64,000 bases of DNA from a virus, in the IMG/VR virus record IMGVR_UViG_3300035670_000150, positions 1 to 64,000 of that record, one strand, 5' to 3'. Under the pieces are notes generated by a model. It had not been told where the DNA came from. It worked only from the letters and a program-made list of their open reading frames with translations, and did no database searches. Shown piece by piece: positions 8,501 to 17,835 of this stretch. Position 1 is the stretch's first letter. Each line of letters begins with the position of its first letter. The translations under genes and the position numbers were made by a program.

Positions 8501-10968
8501 ACACCAATGGTGATACAGTGACTACTCCTGCTGCCATTATTGGGATGTTTACTGAGGATGGTAAGGGCATAGCCTCCGTTACTGAATACTACTTAGCTTC
8601 TTCATTAAGCACAGGAGTGACTACAGCCACTGCTGGATGGACAACAGCAATTCAACATACCACAGTAACTAATAGGTTTCTGTGGAACTATGAAGTTACC
8701 ACCTACACTGATGGCTCAACCAACACTACAGCTCCTGTGGTTATTGGTACTCAGGGCATCAATGGGGTAGGGGTATCAAGCATAGTTAACTACTACTTGA
8801 TTAGTGCTGCTGGTTCTGGGGTAACTACTGGGACTGCTGGATGGACTCAAGCTGTGCAAATCCCAACCAAAGCAAGCAGGTATCTGTGGAACTACGAAAA
8901 GGTCACATATACCAATGGCACAGTGGAAAATACTCAGCCAGCTATCATAGGCACCTATAGTGAAAATGGGGTGAGTATCACTGGGGTAACTGAGTATTAC
9001 CAAGTGGGCACTTCAGGAAGTGTTGCACCTGCTGACCCTGCTTCATGGCCTACCCTAGCCCCACTGACTTCCCCCACTAACAAGTATCTCTGGAACTATG
9101 AGAAGATTTCTTACAGTGATGGAACCACTACTTCAACTACTCCTGTGGTTGTGGGTATTCATGGTGAAAAAGGGGACACAGGGGTAGGTATTACTTCAGT
9201 GGTGAACGAGTATGGTTTATCCAATAGCCCTGTTACTCAACCAGCTTCATGGAGTACTTCTGTAGTTACCCCAACAAGTGCTCAAAGGTACTTATGGAAT
9301 AGGGAGAAAATTTCCTATACGGATAGCACAGTAGTAACCACTTCTGCCGCTATTATCGGTATGTATAGTGAAGACGGTAAAGGAATTGTATCTATTACTG
9401 AGTGGTATTTGGTTACCAACAATACTACCCCACCTGCTAATGATGATGCTCGTTGGACAACTACTTTACAAATACCGACAGAAACAAATAGGTATCTGTG
9501 GAATAAGGAGGTAATTAAATACACAGTAGGGGCTGATACTGTAACTCCTCCTGTGATTATAGGTATCCACGGAACCAATGGTATTGATGGATACAACGCA
9601 GCTACTTTGTTTATTTACCAAAGGACTGCTAATCAACCTGCATTACCTACAGCAAACGTCACATACACTTTTGCTACTGCTGCAATAACAGGGCTAAATG
9701 GTGGCTGGTCACCTACTATCCCTGCTGGTACAGGTACTATTTGGGTAAGTACAGCTACTGCTCTATCCCAATCAGCTACGGATACCATTGCACCTAGTGA
9801 ATGGGCTGTGCCAGTGGTGCTTGCTCAGAGTGGTGAAGCAGGTAAACACGGAGCTGGTTCATACATTGTTGTGGTATCGAACGTATCTGCAATACCTGCT
9901 GATGCGGGCAAGGATAACCATATCTTGCAGTTGTCTGGTAGACCTGCTCAAGCAGGGGATATGCTGACTTATACCTCCCCTACAGGGGCAGCAGATGCAG
10001 ACAAATTTGTGAAACAATTCATTCGTGGGGCAAGTACTTGGGAAGCTTTCGTATTCGCTGTGGATGGTTCTGCTGTAATCAACGGTACTTTGGCTGCTCA
10101 GGCATTGAAAGCCGAATCTGCTATTGTTGATAAGCTGTATATCTCTGATGCCTTGGCTCAGAATGAGATGACCCTATCAGGTAAAGGAGATTATCGATTA
10201 TGGGCAGGTGGTGCTGACCCTCTTACGGCTATGTTTAGCTTAGATAAATTAGGCAATATCATAGCGAAAAACGGTACTTTTAAGGGGAGAATTGAGGCTA
10301 CTTCAGGCACATTCACAGGGGCGGTTAATGCCACTTCAGGTACGTTTACAGGGGTGGTTAATGCTACGTCTGGTAACTTTACAGGTAAGGTTAACGTAGG
10401 TGCGGGTTACATTCAGAATGGCACAGGTACTGCTAAGTTTTTAGCTACCAATAATGGAAACTTTTACGTTGACCATAACGGTAAGGTGTATGCTAAAGGG
10501 GGCATCTATGGTGGGGCTAGAATTGTAGCACAAGGGGAAAAAGTACTCTCTGATGCCACTACCCTTATTGCATTCCCTTCACAGTTCAGCGAGCTTTACA
10601 GGAAGGATGTGGCAATCTCTCCTTCAGGCCAACAAGGTGAAGGGGAGTACTATACTGACCGTGATGGTATGATATTCAGTACAGGCTTTACCTCACTGAT
10701 GCACCATACCAATAACAGACAGTACATTGTTGCTGTATCTATTGGAGGCACATGGACGTACTACATTAACCAACAGATAAATGCTAAAGCAGGTATTTTG
10801 GCTACTGTAGTACCTATGCTTAAAATGGATGGTAACTCTTACTATTATGATGCTGAGATTTTCATTCACTGTAAGATTGTGGGTTTCTATATGAGTGCTA
10901 AAACTTCTCTATCGACAGTAAGATGGAAGCTTATAGAATTGCTAACTAACCCTGAAGAAATGGTGTGA
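5578..10968 (+). CDS. Long tail fibre / host-specificity protein with tandem YLWN repeats
   Basis: N-terminal fibre attachment domain, collagen-like GxDG linkers, ten ~65-70-aa repeats, ATSGTFTG repeats near the C-terminus. Confidence 0.85.
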   Translation: MATTITGILKPFGIPIANAVIRVTSLSNDGTIKGVYLTRCTNENGEYNFHLENGVYSLEYRQLKVMVPVGNVYISDNTPPVLTLEELMNTSSLVPVPDLPTTDADWDALLNEHNSNAEKSIDINQATSGDAASIDYEEASSTANSFLGRAVDTVSTPIGKSTKQVIEFSKGSNALAKEVDTLTAKEAVMESSKAIYADANYTFDIKSTLHLPDLELVDRFQKVKELSSYSVKDHERIAFVNSFLEKQRTATTDLTGKVTKLSESRGDSVTDNFVEASVTTSRNIETSYRDSEGVLVNAPRILEETSTLVDGGTNHSKITQGYEQRITKDDESLTRWYQKVTTYLKEGLDEITNNGFTSLRKFIYDKLQFGDVLFVDNVKKEVKVQGKLIIENREDFTGDTIFEVFQYSVDGVTLWHDIFAIEDRWRRHNTSVNGYVDPSKWSAPYLLQAEDGHEGDTLYIQYRYSANMVNWHATFVDGDIWRQERIIENGYPITEWSTPARIIGADGVPGDTVTIEYQYSIDGLEPWHNNFSTGDHYRRERLITNGVAGAWSQPAKLVPEKDVDYTDGKDGKDGINGAKSIILHLYKRGDTAGSMVSTVCTYNFTTKTLTGFNNGWSPTVPSGNGAIWLTVATASSIGETDTVAANEWATPIKFSDGGKGVAGVVNEYGLSASAMTEPANWTTSVPSATKAMPYLWNREIVTYSDGASVTTPSAIIGMFSEDGRGIASVTEYYLASASSSGVTTATTGWTTTIQHTSATKRFLWNYEVIAYTDGTTSTTTPVIIGTQGVDGNGVAGIVNYYLISDLNSGVTVGTAGWATSVPIPTKAKPYLWNYEKVTYSNGAIDNTPPALIGTYSEDGVSITGVIEYYQVGTSSSVPPANQASWPTTAPLTTPTNKYLWNYEKITYSNGTSTSTAPVVVGVHGEKGDTGVGINSVVNEYGLSASAGTEPSTWTATVPTATKVLPYLWNREIVTYTNGDTVTTPAAIIGMFTEDGKGIASVTEYYLASSLSTGVTTATAGWTTAIQHTTVTNRFLWNYEVTTYTDGSTNTTAPVVIGTQGINGVGVSSIVNYYLISAAGSGVTTGTAGWTQAVQIPTKASRYLWNYEKVTYTNGTVENTQPAIIGTYSENGVSITGVTEYYQVGTSGSVAPADPASWPTLAPLTSPTNKYLWNYEKISYSDGTTTSTTPVVVGIHGEKGDTGVGITSVVNEYGLSNSPVTQPASWSTSVVTPTSAQRYLWNREKISYTDSTVVTTSAAIIGMYSEDGKGIVSITEWYLVTNNTTPPANDDARWTTTLQIPTETNRYLWNKEVIKYTVGADTVTPPVIIGIHGTNGIDGYNAATLFIYQRTANQPALPTANVTYTFATAAITGLNGGWSPTIPAGTGTIWVSTATALSQSATDTIAPSEWAVPVVLAQSGEAGKHGAGSYIVVVSNVSAIPADAGKDNHILQLSGRPAQAGDMLTYTSPTGAADADKFVKQFIRGASTWEAFVFAVDGSAVINGTLAAQALKAESAIVDKLYISDALAQNEMTLSGKGDYRLWAGGADPLTAMFSLDKLGNIIAKNGTFKGRIEATSGTFTGAVNATSGTFTGVVNATSGNFTGKVNVGAGYIQNGTGTAKFLATNNGNFYVDHNGKVYAKGGIYGGARIVAQGEKVLSDATTLIAFPSQFSELYRKDVAISPSGQQGEGEYYTDRDGMIFSTGFTSLMHHTNNRQYIVAVSIGGTWTYYINQQINAKAGILATVVPMLKMDGNSYYYDAEIFIHCKIVGFYMSAKTSLSTVRWKLIELLTNPEEMV
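7549..9590 (+). repeat. Higher-order tandem repeat ABCD-ABCD-AB' with an 816-nt period
   Basis: NEYGLS codons start at 7573, 8389 and 9205; units NEYGLS / EYYLAS / NYYLIS / EYYQVG recur in the same order. Confidence 0.9.
10297..10395 (+). repeat. 33-nt (11-aa) tandem repeat ATSGTFTGxVN x3
   Basis: Read directly from translation and DNA. Confidence 0.85.
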
Positions 10969-10975
10969 GGACAGT

Positions 10976-11215
10976 ATGGGTAAATTAATTATTAAACAGT
11001 TGGGTGAAGGGTTTTCTGAATACAGAACTGCATTACACCAGATAGGGGCAGAGTTAGGGGATATGATATTTCCTAGTGAAGTCCCTGTGGAAGTAGAATT
11101 AGTCGATGGTGCTCAGTACCATGCGACTTTGTTTTTTGGTAATGGTCAAACACTAGAATTTGATATTAATGGGAGTGAGACTACTGACTTACTTAATTTA
11201 ATTGAGAACTATTAA
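10976..11215 (+). CDS. Hypothetical protein, tail-associated
   Basis: 79-aa ORF with RBS GAGGA immediately after the fibre gene. Confidence 0.65.
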   Translation: MGKLIIKQLGEGFSEYRTALHQIGAELGDMIFPSEVPVEVELVDGAQYHATLFFGNGQTLEFDINGSETTDLLNLIENY

Positions 11216-11225
11216 ACAGTTTACG

Positions 11226-11258
11226 GGTAGAATACTGATACAGTGTTCTACCTATAAT
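11226..11258 (+). promoter_or_regulatory. 12-bp hairpin abutting a perfect TATAAT upstream of portal
   Basis: GGTAGAATACTG-ATA-CAGTGTTCTACC (one G-T pair) then TATAAT at 11253-11258; no good -35. Confidence 0.4.
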
Positions 11259-11310
11259 CTTTCAATGTGTTGTATCATTACCCAAATTAAGTTTAAGTTA
11301 CGAGGTTACA

Positions 11311-13491
11311 ATGGCTAAGAAGACTACAAAAGAGGATGAGTTAGAAATCATCGAAAACCCTTCTGAAATCATCGAAGAAGTTGAAGATGCTAAAAGCGTT
11401 GGGGTAGATTGGGAAAATCCTCCTTCTTTGGCTGCTATGCAAGAAGACCTCGCTAATATCATTACTCACCACGGTAAGAACATTGAGTCTATTGACCGTT
11501 GGTTAGACTTATTGCATATCCGTGGTTCTGCCAAGCGTCCTAAAATTGCAGGGCGTTCTAACGTACAGCCTAAACTCATTCGTAGGCAAATGGAATGGCG
11601 TATTCCAACGCTTACAGACCCTTTCCTAAGTACCAAAGAGCTGTTTAATGTTCAAGGTAAAACCTTCGAAGACGTTTATGCCGCCAAGCAAAACCAATTA
11701 GTATTGAACTACCAGTTCGACACTATCATTGATAAAACTCAGTTTATTGATAAGTATGTCCGTACCTTTGCCAGTGAGGGCACGGTATTCTTACGAGTAG
11801 GTTGGAAATTCAGGGAAGAAACCAAAGAGGTAGAAGTACCCAAGTATGAATATCGTGTCCCCACTGCTGAAGATATGGTGGTGTTGCAACAAGCTGTGCA
11901 ATTGCAAGCAGAGGATTTAGGCAAGTATATTGCCTTGGTTCCTGAGAGTGTGAAGCACTCATTAGAACTTACTCAAGCTGGAGGTGTTCCTACGTTTGCA
12001 GTGCAAGTAGGGATGGAAAAAGAGGAGCAGTTAGTTACTACTGCTAACCACCCCACATTGGATATTGTGGATTACCGTAGACTATATATTGACCCTAACT
12101 GCCAAGATAATATCGAAGATGCTGAAGTCATCATCTATTCGTTTATGACTTCTATGTCAGAGTTGATTGCTTCGGGCAAGTACTCCAATTTAGATAAAGT
12201 TCAGGTAGATAATGCCACTGTTGCTTCACTCACTGATGAACAGTTCAATGCGGGGAATATCCTTAACTTCAATGATGAAGCACGCAAGCGTTTGATAGCT
12301 TATGAGTATTGGGGCAATTGGGATATTCATGGTGATGGGGTAGCTGTGCCTATTGTGGCTACATGGATTGGTGATGTGCTTATTCACATGGAAGAAAACC
12401 CCTTCCCTGATAAGAAACACCCCTTTGTGAATGCTACCTATATCCCTGTTAAAAACTCAGTATATGGTGAACCTGATGCAGAACTTTTAGCTGATGCCCA
12501 AGCCATCTATGGGGCTACAATGCGTAGTATGGTGGACATCCTAGGCAGAACAGCTAACGGTCAAGAGGGGATGAGACAAGACCTGTTAGATGCAGTGAAT
12601 AAACGTAAGTACCTCAGAGGAGATGCTTACGAGTTCAACCCTACAGTGGATGCACGCCAAGGTATCATCAAGCATGTGGCTCCTGAGATTCCTCAATCAG
12701 CCACCTATATGCTTCAGTTACAAAATAACGAAGCTGAGTCCTATTCGGGGGTTAAAGCATACTCCTCTGGTATTGGTTCTACTGCTTTGGGTGATGTAGC
12801 TGCTGGTATTAAAGGCGCTTTAGATGCTGCGTCTAAACGCGATTTAAGTATCTTACGGAGACTGGCTTCAGGTTTAGAGAAAGCAGCTCGTAAAATTATA
12901 TCCCTCAATTCTGTATTCTTAGATGAAACAGAAGTGGTGCGTATCACAGAAGGCAAATATGTGCCTATACGTAGGGATGATTTAGCGGGTAATTTTGACT
13001 TAAGCTTATCTATTAGCACTGCTGAGGAAAATGAAAACAAAGCTAGTAAATTAGCTTTCATGCTTCAAACTTTAGGTAATACAGTACCATTTGAATTAAC
13101 CAAAACAGTATTAACTCAAATTGCTGACCTATATAAAATGCCTGACTTGGCTAAACGGTTGGAGAATTACACTCCTGCCCCTGACCCAGTTCAGCAACAG
13201 AAGGACGCTCTTGAATTACAATTACTTCAAATGAAAATTGAACAAGAGAAAGCTCAAATTGAAGAACATAGAGCCAAGACTCAGTATTATCTTTCTCAAT
13301 CTGCTAATAAAGATGCAGATACTAATAAGAAAGTGCTGGACTTTGTGGAACAAGAATCAGGAACTACGCAAGAAAGAGCCAAGGAATTGCATCAAGCACA
13401 GGCTGAAGGTAATATAAAGCTCGAATTGGTTAAAGCAGCAATAACCAAAGAAACTGTAAAAAAAGATAAACCTACACCAACCTCCATCTGA
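11311..13491 (+). CDS. Portal protein (N4 gp59-like)
   Basis: W.NPPSL, GRSNVQPKLIRRQMEWR, YEYWG.WDIHGDG, EENPFPD motifs; size and position. Confidence 0.92.
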   Translation: MAKKTTKEDELEIIENPSEIIEEVEDAKSVGVDWENPPSLAAMQEDLANIITHHGKNIESIDRWLDLLHIRGSAKRPKIAGRSNVQPKLIRRQMEWRIPTLTDPFLSTKELFNVQGKTFEDVYAAKQNQLVLNYQFDTIIDKTQFIDKYVRTFASEGTVFLRVGWKFREETKEVEVPKYEYRVPTAEDMVVLQQAVQLQAEDLGKYIALVPESVKHSLELTQAGGVPTFAVQVGMEKEEQLVTTANHPTLDIVDYRRLYIDPNCQDNIEDAEVIIYSFMTSMSELIASGKYSNLDKVQVDNATVASLTDEQFNAGNILNFNDEARKRLIAYEYWGNWDIHGDGVAVPIVATWIGDVLIHMEENPFPDKKHPFVNATYIPVKNSVYGEPDAELLADAQAIYGATMRSMVDILGRTANGQEGMRQDLLDAVNKRKYLRGDAYEFNPTVDARQGIIKHVAPEIPQSATYMLQLQNNEAESYSGVKAYSSGIGSTALGDVAAGIKGALDAASKRDLSILRRLASGLEKAARKIISLNSVFLDETEVVRITEGKYVPIRRDDLAGNFDLSLSISTAEENENKASKLAFMLQTLGNTVPFELTKTVLTQIADLYKMPDLAKRLENYTPAPDPVQQQKDALELQLLQMKIEQEKAQIEEHRAKTQYYLSQSANKDADTNKKVLDFVEQESGTTQERAKELHQAQAEGNIKLELVKAAITKETVKKDKPTPTSI

Positions 13492-13519
13492 ACGGTATTA
13501 GCCGCAGGACAAGGAAAAT

Positions 13520-13894
13520 ATGAAACCAATGGTAGAAGTAACTAAAGAAGAAGCAATTGCAGAGTGCCAACAGCGTATTGAAATTTACACGAAGAACGCT
13601 GAAAAATTAGCAATGCTTGACAGGCTTGTTTTAAATCCAGACTTTATTGCATTGATTGAAGAAGATTACTTCAAAGCTCGGCCAGTTCGTTTGGTTATGG
13701 CAAAAGGTAATCCGTCAATGGATAGTGCAGATAGCCAAGCTCGGTTAGTGCGTGAAATGGATGGTATTGCAATGCTACGCCAGTACTTCCATGTAATTGA
13801 AACAGAAGGCACTGTTGCTAAGGCTATGATTGAGCGTGAGCTTGACCAAATCAAAGAATTAGAATTAGAAGTTGAAGGGGATTACCATGAGTAA
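13520..13894 (+). CDS. N4 gp58-like hypothetical protein
   Basis: L.RL..NPDF..LI...YF pattern; position between portal and scaffold. Confidence 0.7.
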   Translation: MKPMVEVTKEEAIAECQQRIEIYTKNAEKLAMLDRLVLNPDFIALIEEDYFKARPVRLVMAKGNPSMDSADSQARLVREMDGIAMLRQYFHVIETEGTVAKAMIERELDQIKELELEVEGDYHE

Positions 13895-15002
13895 GAAAAC
13901 CCTCGAATCACTGGCAGCTATGTCAGATGCGGATTTCGCTAAATTTTCTGCCTCCCTTCCAGCTACTGAAGAACCTACTTCAGATGTAGATGATACTGAA
14001 GACACCGATGATAATGATGCTACGGATGTTGAGGTAGAAGATGACTCAAACAATGAGGAAGAGACGGCCACTGCTGATGACTCAGATGAGGAGGAAGCAG
14101 AGGAACAGGAAGATGATGCAGAAGAGGGAGAAGCAGAACAGGAAGCTACGGAAGATGAAGACGAAGCAACTGCTGCTGACGACAAATCTGATATTGAGTC
14201 TACCAGTGCCAAACAGTTAGAAAAACTGTTTACTCCTTTTAATGCTAATGGCACCCAAATCAAAATTGATTCAGTAGAGGAAGCTATTGAATTAATGCAG
14301 ATGGGTGCTAATTATCATAAAAAGATGCACACGCTCAAACCTTACATGAATATCGTTAAAACACTTGAAAAAAATAATCTATTAAACGAAGATAGTATTA
14401 ACTTCTTAATTGATTTATCCAAGAAGGATAAAAATGCAATTAGTAAGTTGATGGCTGATGGTGAAATTAATCCATTAGACATCGAAACGGAAGCCGTTAA
14501 TTATTCTCCTGCAAAGCACGTTGTAAGTAATGAAGAAGTTTTATTAGATGAGGTGCTCCAGTCCATTAAGGGCACTCCAACATTTAAAGAAACGATGGAC
14601 GTCATTACTCAACAATGGGATGCACCCAGTAAAGTATATTTAACAGCAAACCCTAAACGCATTGCTGACTTGAACGCACATAAGGCAAGTGGATTATTTG
14701 ACCTTATCAATACGGAAGTAGCCAAGCAACGTATGTTTGGGAGATTGCAAGGGCTTTCTGATTTTGAAGCTTATGAGCGTGTTGGTATCCAAGTACTCGA
14801 AAAGCAAATGGCAACTGCTACGCAACATGCTAGCAACCCAAAAACTGCTAAGAGTAAGGTAGACCCTGAAACGCAAAAAGCACAAAAACAAAAAGTAGCT
14901 GCACCAAAAGGGAAAATTACGAATGCGGCTTTACCTAATGTGGAAAGACTAGCCTCGTTATCTGATGAAGATTTCTTGAAGCTGTCTAAAAAATATATTT
15001 AA
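13887..15002 (+). CDS. N4 gp57-like protein (probable scaffold; often labelled tape measure)
   Basis: Highly acidic N-terminus; PFNANG and LMQMGANY motifs; start moved to ATG 13887 after RBS GAAGGGG. Confidence 0.8.
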   Translation: MSKKTLESLAAMSDADFAKFSASLPATEEPTSDVDDTEDTDDNDATDVEVEDDSNNEEETATADDSDEEEAEEQEDDAEEGEAEQEATEDEDEATAADDKSDIESTSAKQLEKLFTPFNANGTQIKIDSVEEAIELMQMGANYHKKMHTLKPYMNIVKTLEKNNLLNEDSINFLIDLSKKDKNAISKLMADGEINPLDIETEAVNYSPAKHVVSNEEVLLDEVLQSIKGTPTFKETMDVITQQWDAPSKVYLTANPKRIADLNAHKASGLFDLINTEVAKQRMFGRLQGLSDFEAYERVGIQVLEKQMATATQHASNPKTAKSKVDPETQKAQKQKVAAPKGKITNAALPNVERLASLSDEDFLKLSKKYI

Positions 15003-15024
15003 TAACTAGCGGAGTTATGCATCT

Positions 15025-16209
15025 ATGGCTATGCAATATAAAGACCCCATTGGTGGTACAAAGTCATCTATCGGTGATCAGTTATCACTATACGTTTTCG
15101 ACCGCAATTCTCTAATTGAGATGCAGAAGGAACAGTATTTTACTCAAATGTCTGACACTACCAGTATGCCTAAGCATTTTGGTAAAACTATCAAGAAATT
15201 CGTTTGGATTCCGATGCTTGATGACCGCAACGTTAACGACCAAGGTTTGGATGCTGCTGGTGCCCAATATGCTAAGGGTAACATCTACGGTTCAAGCAAG
15301 GACGTTGGTACAATCGTTTCTCGTTTACCTGTGGTAGGTGAAAACGGTGGCCGTGTAAACCGTGTTGGCTTCACCCGTGTAACACTGCAAGCGGAAATTA
15401 CGAAGTTAGGCTTCTTCACTGAATTCACTCGTGACTCAGTGCAGTTCGATAGCGAACAAGACATCTTACGTCACTACCGCCGTGAAATGATGTATGGCGC
15501 TAACGAAATCTCTGAAGATGCTCTTCAGGTTGATTTGTTAAACGCTGCTGGCGTGGTTCGTTATGCGGGTATTGCAACCCAAAACAGCGAAGTTACAGGT
15601 GAAGGTGATAACGTATCAGAAGTTGATTATGATGACCTGATGCGTTTGGCTATCGACTTACGTAACAACCGTACTCCACTGCGTACTAAGGTAATCGTAG
15701 GTTCTACCCTGACTGATACCCGTGTGATTGCAGATGGCTACCCACTGTACATCGGTAGTGAATTGCTTCCTACCCTGAAGCACATGGCTGACCCATTTGG
15801 CAACCCTGCATTTATTGCAGTTCAGCACTATGCTGATGGTGGTAATACCTTACGTGGTGAAGTTGGTACAGTAGACCATTTCCGTATCATCGTAGTTCCT
15901 GAAATGCAACACTTTGCAGGTGCTGGTGCTACAGCTACCGCAGCCAACAAAGGCTATATGGCTACTGCTGGTAAGTACGATGTGTTCCCAATGCTGTGTG
16001 TAGGCGGTGACTCATTTACTACCTTAGGCTTCCAGTCTGATGGTAAAAGTGAGAAGTACAAAATCATCACCAAGATGTATGGCGAAGAAACCGCAGACCG
16101 TACTGACCCTTACGGTGAAACTGGTCTGGCGTCTATTCAGTGGTGGTACGGTACTTTAGTACAACGCCCAGAACGAATTGCACTGTTAAAAACTGTTGCT
16201 CGTCGTTAA
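15025..16209 (+). CDS. Major capsid protein (N4 gp56-like)
   Basis: MPKHFGKTIK, DDRNVNDQGLDA, ENGGRVNRVGFTR and DPYGETG motifs; biased codon use. Confidence 0.95.
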   Translation: MAMQYKDPIGGTKSSIGDQLSLYVFDRNSLIEMQKEQYFTQMSDTTSMPKHFGKTIKKFVWIPMLDDRNVNDQGLDAAGAQYAKGNIYGSSKDVGTIVSRLPVVGENGGRVNRVGFTRVTLQAEITKLGFFTEFTRDSVQFDSEQDILRHYRREMMYGANEISEDALQVDLLNAAGVVRYAGIATQNSEVTGEGDNVSEVDYDDLMRLAIDLRNNRTPLRTKVIVGSTLTDTRVIADGYPLYIGSELLPTLKHMADPFGNPAFIAVQHYADGGNTLRGEVGTVDHFRIIVVPEMQHFAGAGATATAANKGYMATAGKYDVFPMLCVGGDSFTTLGFQSDGKSEKYKIITKMYGEETADRTDPYGETGLASIQWWYGTLVQRPERIALLKTVARR

Positions 16210-16224
16210 TCCCTGATAGTATGA

Positions 16225-16251
16225 AGGAGCCTAGAAATAGGCTCCTATTTT
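16225..16251 (+). terminator. Rho-independent terminator after capsid gene
   Basis: AGGAGCCTA-GAAA-TAGGCTCCT then ATTTT. Confidence 0.85.
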
Positions 16252-16293
16252 ATTAGCTCAATTTAGTCATATGGTTCCACCCATTAAAAGGAA

Positions 16294-16935
16294 ATGAAAA
16301 TGTTTGAAAACAATCCAGATACCGAAACCACTCAAGACCAGTTAGAAGATGCCTCTTTAGAAGCTGCTGAAACAGCTCCTACTTATACCCCTGAAGATGA
16401 AATGGCTGCATTAAAAGCCAGAGCACGCCTATTAAAAATTACCGTGCGTGGTAATCCTTCGTTAGAAACCATGCGTAAATTGGTTAACGATGCAATTAAT
16501 GGCACAACCGAAGAAACCCCTGAAGGCAGTACTCCAACTTCTGCCCCTAAAGCGTTAACCAAACAAGAGAAAGAGCAGCAAGTTATTGATGATGCTATGC
16601 GCTTAGTTCGGGTACGCATTGTGTGTATGAACCCTGCCAAGCGTGATATTCAGGGTGAAATTATCTCCGTGGGTAATAAGCTGTTAGGCACAGTTAAAAA
16701 GTTCGTTCCCTTTGTTGCTTCTGCGCATCCTGATGGTTATCACTTGCCCAACATCCTGTATCAAGAGATGAAATCTCGTAAGTATCAGGGTTTCCGTACC
16801 GTCACACACAACAACGGGCAAAAGACGCAAGAAGCAGCTTTATTCAATGAGTTCGCCATTGAAGTGCTGCCTAACCTATCACCTGAAGAGCTGAAAGAAT
16901 TGGCTCAAGTACAGGCTGCTAAGAAAGGCGTTTAA
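16294..16935 (+). CDS. N4 gp55-like protein
   Basis: LKARA.LL; LVRVRIVCMNPAK...GEI; EFAIEVLP.L...EL..LA..Q. Confidence 0.8.
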   Translation: MKMFENNPDTETTQDQLEDASLEAAETAPTYTPEDEMAALKARARLLKITVRGNPSLETMRKLVNDAINGTTEETPEGSTPTSAPKALTKQEKEQQVIDDAMRLVRVRIVCMNPAKRDIQGEIISVGNKLLGTVKKFVPFVASAHPDGYHLPNILYQEMKSRKYQGFRTVTHNNGQKTQEAALFNEFAIEVLPNLSPEELKELAQVQAAKKGV

Positions 16936-16945
16936 GGGGTAGACC

Positions 16946-17767
16946 ATGGCAGTGAATAACACTATCGAGGAATTAACCAAAGGGTCAGTGGACGGTAATG
17001 GTGCATTCGATTGTTTGATGCGTGCTGTTGCTGCTCACTTAGAAAAAGAGCATAAGTCATCACGCATTACGGGTGCAGACTATACCCAAGTATACCTTGG
17101 TTCTATCACTGCCGTTCTTGCCCAAGCTACTCAATATGTTTTACAGTCTGAACTGACTAAGAAGCAAACTGCTTTAGTCGATGCCCAGATTAAAAATATT
17201 GAGAAAAATAGTGAATTGGTTGCTGCTCAGATACGCAAGATGGATGCTGATGTTTTAGTATCCGAGCAACAAATCCGCTTGATGCAAGAGCAGGTTGCCC
17301 AAGTAGTGCAACAAACCCGTTTAACAACACAGCAAGTTACCAATGCTATGAAGGACGTTGAGGTAGCTACTGAACAGATTTTAAAAATCAAAGCTGATGT
17401 TAAAGCTGTTGAGCAGAGTATCATTAATGCCAAGAGCCAAGACCTTTTGATTAATAAAAACATTACTAAAATCGATGTTGAAAATGAGTTATTGCAACAA
17501 AAGATTGAAACTGAGAAAGCCCAAACTTTAGGTACTTCATCTACAGTACAGGGTGTACTCGGCAAGCAGATGCTGTTATTTGATAAGCAAGCTGAAGGTT
17601 TTGACAGGAACGCAGAACAGAAGCTGGCTAAAATTCTGGTCGATACATGGACAGTAAGACAAACTACCGATGGTGCCAATGTGGATACTAACGGTTTGTC
17701 AGATTCAGAAATCAATAAGGTGCTGAACGTTGCCAAGATTGGTATTGGAGTTGCCCCCTTTAGTTAA
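16946..17767 (+). CDS. N4 gp54-like virion structural protein
   Basis: G.GAFD.LM, RITGADY.. VY and coiled-coil core; position. Confidence 0.75.
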   Translation: MAVNNTIEELTKGSVDGNGAFDCLMRAVAAHLEKEHKSSRITGADYTQVYLGSITAVLAQATQYVLQSELTKKQTALVDAQIKNIEKNSELVAAQIRKMDADVLVSEQQIRLMQEQVAQVVQQTRLTTQQVTNAMKDVEVATEQILKIKADVKAVEQSIINAKSQDLLINKNITKIDVENELLQQKIETEKAQTLGTSSTVQGVLGKQMLLFDKQAEGFDRNAEQKLAKILVDTWTVRQTTDGANVDTNGLSDSEINKVLNVAKIGIGVAPFS

Positions 17768-17788
17768 TACTCAGTAATCGGTCTAGTG

Positions 17789-17819
17789 AAAAAAGAGTCT
17801 TTATAGTAGACTCTTTTTT
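17789..17819. terminator. Bidirectional terminator
   Basis: AAAAAAGAGTCT-TTATAGT-AGACTCTTTTTT. Confidence 0.8.
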
Positions 17820-17835
17820 ATTTCAGGCATTTGAT

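Noticed and set aside
7549-9590. Fibre repeats as a DGR template/variable repeat or CRISPR array
   Set aside because: All copies are in-frame coding with mostly synonymous, not adenine-specific, differences; no reverse transcriptase or spacer structure in the window
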